From Candidatus Promineifilaceae bacterium (GTDB lineage: Bacteria > Chloroflexota > Anaerolineae > Promineifilales > Promineifilaceae), in NCBI GenBank assembly GCA_965223395.1, contig OZ244996.1, positions 2,064,876 to 2,128,875 of the forward strand: 64,000 nt of DNA, in the 5' to 3' direction. Under the pieces are notes generated by a model. The model made no database searches. It was not told where the DNA came from and saw only the letters and a program-made list of their open reading frames with translations. The position numbers were made by a program, and so were the translations under genes. This document shows positions 62,334 to 64,000 of this stretch, piece after piece (the first letter of the stretch is position 1; the number at the start of each line of letters is the position of its first letter).

Positions 62334-63623
62334 TTAAGAATCGGCGTGCTGCGCTACTGATAACGACTGGGGAACGTCTCCATTGAGGTAAGGGGACATG
62401 GACAAATAACTTTTAAAAAGGGTTTCCAATTGTTGGGTCGAAACGTGAATGTTGTATCCATTTTCAATCGTTTTTCTGCCGGCAACTCCTAACTTCCTGG
62501 CAAAAGCGGGTTCCTGCAAATATCGCTCAATTGCCTCCGCCAACGCCTCCGCATTCTTCTCAGACGTCAACAAACCCGTCTGGTTATGGGTGATTAACTC
62601 TGGCACGCCCGAAACAGTTGTAGAAATAACCGGCACCTGCATCGCCATCGCTTCCATCAACACCACTGGAATCCCATCCATATCCCCATCTTCCGCCACA
62701 ACGCATGGCAGCACAAACATCGCAGCCCGTTCCAAATAATCCCGCAACTCTTCCTGAAAAATAGTGCCCGGCAACTTAACCACATCCCCCAATTGATGCG
62801 CTTTGATCAATTGCTGCAACAATTCAAATTGGGGACCAGCCCCGCCGATAACGCATTGAAACCGATACCCTTTTTCTTTTAATATGCGGCACGCTTCAAC
62901 CAGGTAAGGGTATCCCTTCCGCTCGGCATGATTCGAAACAGAAAATACCAACGGTATCTCAGATGATGCAAATCCATTTTTTCGTTCAAAGCTCTCGGGC
63001 GAAATGCCGCAATGCACGATATGAAACTTCTTTTCCAAATCCCTTTGTTCGGGGGCAAAATCGAGTAAGTATTGTTTGCTAAATTCAGATATCGAAACGA
63101 TAAAGTCAGCCGCTTTCAGCTTCTTTTTGAGAATCAGTTGGTCGGTGAAGATGTTGTTATGGACGGTAAAGCTGAAGCCCACGCCTAAAAAATCCGCCAT
63201 TACCATGCCAATAGTGGCGGCATTCACCGAAAAATGGGCATGGACATGCTGGGCGCCGCTATCTTGAACCTGATGCGCTAGATAGACGCCGCCAGCGAAA
63301 TGCCCCAACGTCCGAATTCGGTTTCTGAGTTTTTCGTTCCGCCTAAAATTAACGGAAGCGAACGTCTTTAAATATTGGATTGGTCTCCCCGCCAACATCG
63401 CCAGATGCGCTAAGATAAATTTCCCCCATTGGATGGGAAATACGTAGGTGGTGTCTGCCATAAAGTCGATAGATTCTTCAGACAATTTGGCTGGCTCTGG
63501 GGTGCGGTTAGCGACGGTGATTACCTTAAAGCCATTTTGGCGAAGGGCTTCAACCTCCCGATAAACAAAGGTTTCGGTTAAATAAGGGAAAAATTGGGCG
63601 ACGTAGACGATGGTGGGTCTCAT
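62334..63623 (-). CDS. Glycosyltransferase family 4 (WcaL-like)
   Basis: N-terminal YVAQFFPYLTETFVYREV; C-terminal EAMAMQVPVISTTVSGVPELI (GT4 EX7E). Confidence 0.7.
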   Translation of the reverse strand: MRPTIVYVAQFFPYLTETFVYREVEALRQNGFKVITVANRTPEPAKLSEESIDFMADTTYVFPIQWGKFILAHLAMLAGRPIQYLKTFASVNFRRNEKLRNRIRTLGHFAGGVYLAHQVQDSGAQHVHAHFSVNAATIGMVMADFLGVGFSFTVHNNIFTDQLILKKKLKAADFIVSISEFSKQYLLDFAPEQRDLEKKFHIVHCGISPESFERKNGFASSEIPLVFSVSNHAERKGYPYLVEACRILKEKGYRFQCVIGGAGPQFELLQQLIKAHQLGDVVKLPGTIFQEELRDYLERAAMFVLPCVVAEDGDMDGIPVVLMEAMAMQVPVISTTVSGVPELITHNQTGLLTSEKNAEALAEAIERYLQEPAFARKLGVAGRKTIENGYNIHVSTQQLETLFKSYLSMSPYLNGDVPQSLSVAQHADS

Positions 63624-64000
63624 TTATATTCGATCAAACTGCTTTGGCGGGCGACATAAAATTTCGTTTGCCCGATCAGTTGGGGAAATTTGCCAATAAC
63701 GCACGATGCAGCGTACAAAACGGCGTCGTTTTTCTCTATTCCCTTGTTTCGCATGCTCAGGTACACTTTTAGGGCTAGCGCCAGATAGCCGCCTAGAAGC
63801 AACAAACTAAAGCCGCGTGTCGACTGAGTGAGCCCAATCGCCAATGCCGGCATTAAAGCTGCCCACAACCAAATACTGGCACTTTCTCTCAAGCCAAAAC
63901 GTTCAGCCGCTCTGCCATGCCGCCACACAGAATGCGCATAGGCGCTGCCCGCCCGCATCGCCCGCCGCCACCATTGGTTAAAAGATGTTATATTGGCGTC
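63620..64000 (-). CDS. Partial (3' end only) hydrophobic membrane protein, runs off window
   Basis: TM-rich C-terminal 112+ aa; 4-nt overlap with GT4 start. Confidence 0.35.
   Translation of the reverse strand, partial: DANITSFNQWWRRAMRAGSAYAHSVWRHGRAAERFGLRESASIWLWAALMPALAIGLTQSTRGFSLLLLGGYLALALKVYLSMRNKGIEKNDAVLYAASCVIGKFPQLIGQTKFYVARQSSLIEYK

Overview
This 64 kb window is a gene-dense bacterial chromosomal segment at roughly 55% GC; the AT-rich exceptions are noted in the findings. I support about 50 protein-coding genes on both strands and no rRNA, tRNA or CRISPR array. The content is mostly core and accessory metabolism: a sugar ABC transporter operon, proBA, trpF, argG, aconitase, formate-THF ligase, an HtrA protease and a PGM/PMM-family mutase. 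Several parts are less ordinary. (1) The perfect palindrome TTGCCGGCAA (core TGCCGGCA) is scattered through coding and non-coding DNA at roughly 3 copies per kb, which is HIP1-like, and it is missing from the low-GC stretches. (2) A 7-gene minus-strand operon contains an indoleamine 2,3-dioxygenase-like haem dioxygenase alongside FdrA/DUF1116, an alpha/beta hydrolase, a PlsC-type acyltransferase, a SAM methyltransferase and a GT4 glycosyltransferase. (3) A methionine-synthase-like system is split into separate homocysteine-MT, pterin-MT and corrinoid-protein genes, together with a RACo-type ATP-dependent corrinoid reductive activator and DUF1638, divergent from fhs. (4) A 28-codon mini-ORF with five Arg codons plus an intrinsic terminator sits just upstream of argG, which suggests an arginine attenuator. 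(5) A cyclase / cyclase-cyclase fusion / WS-DGAT / APH-kinase / DinB cluster carries a long inverted-repeat element in its middle. (6) A degraded toxin-antitoxin insertion lies at the 3' end of a form-II CoxL-like gene, with a 73-bp duplication of the gene end and an adjacent AT-rich methyltransferase gene. (7) A bacterial eRF1-like (baeRF) protein retains a GGQ motif. All calls rest on motifs read from the supplied translations; no database search was possible.
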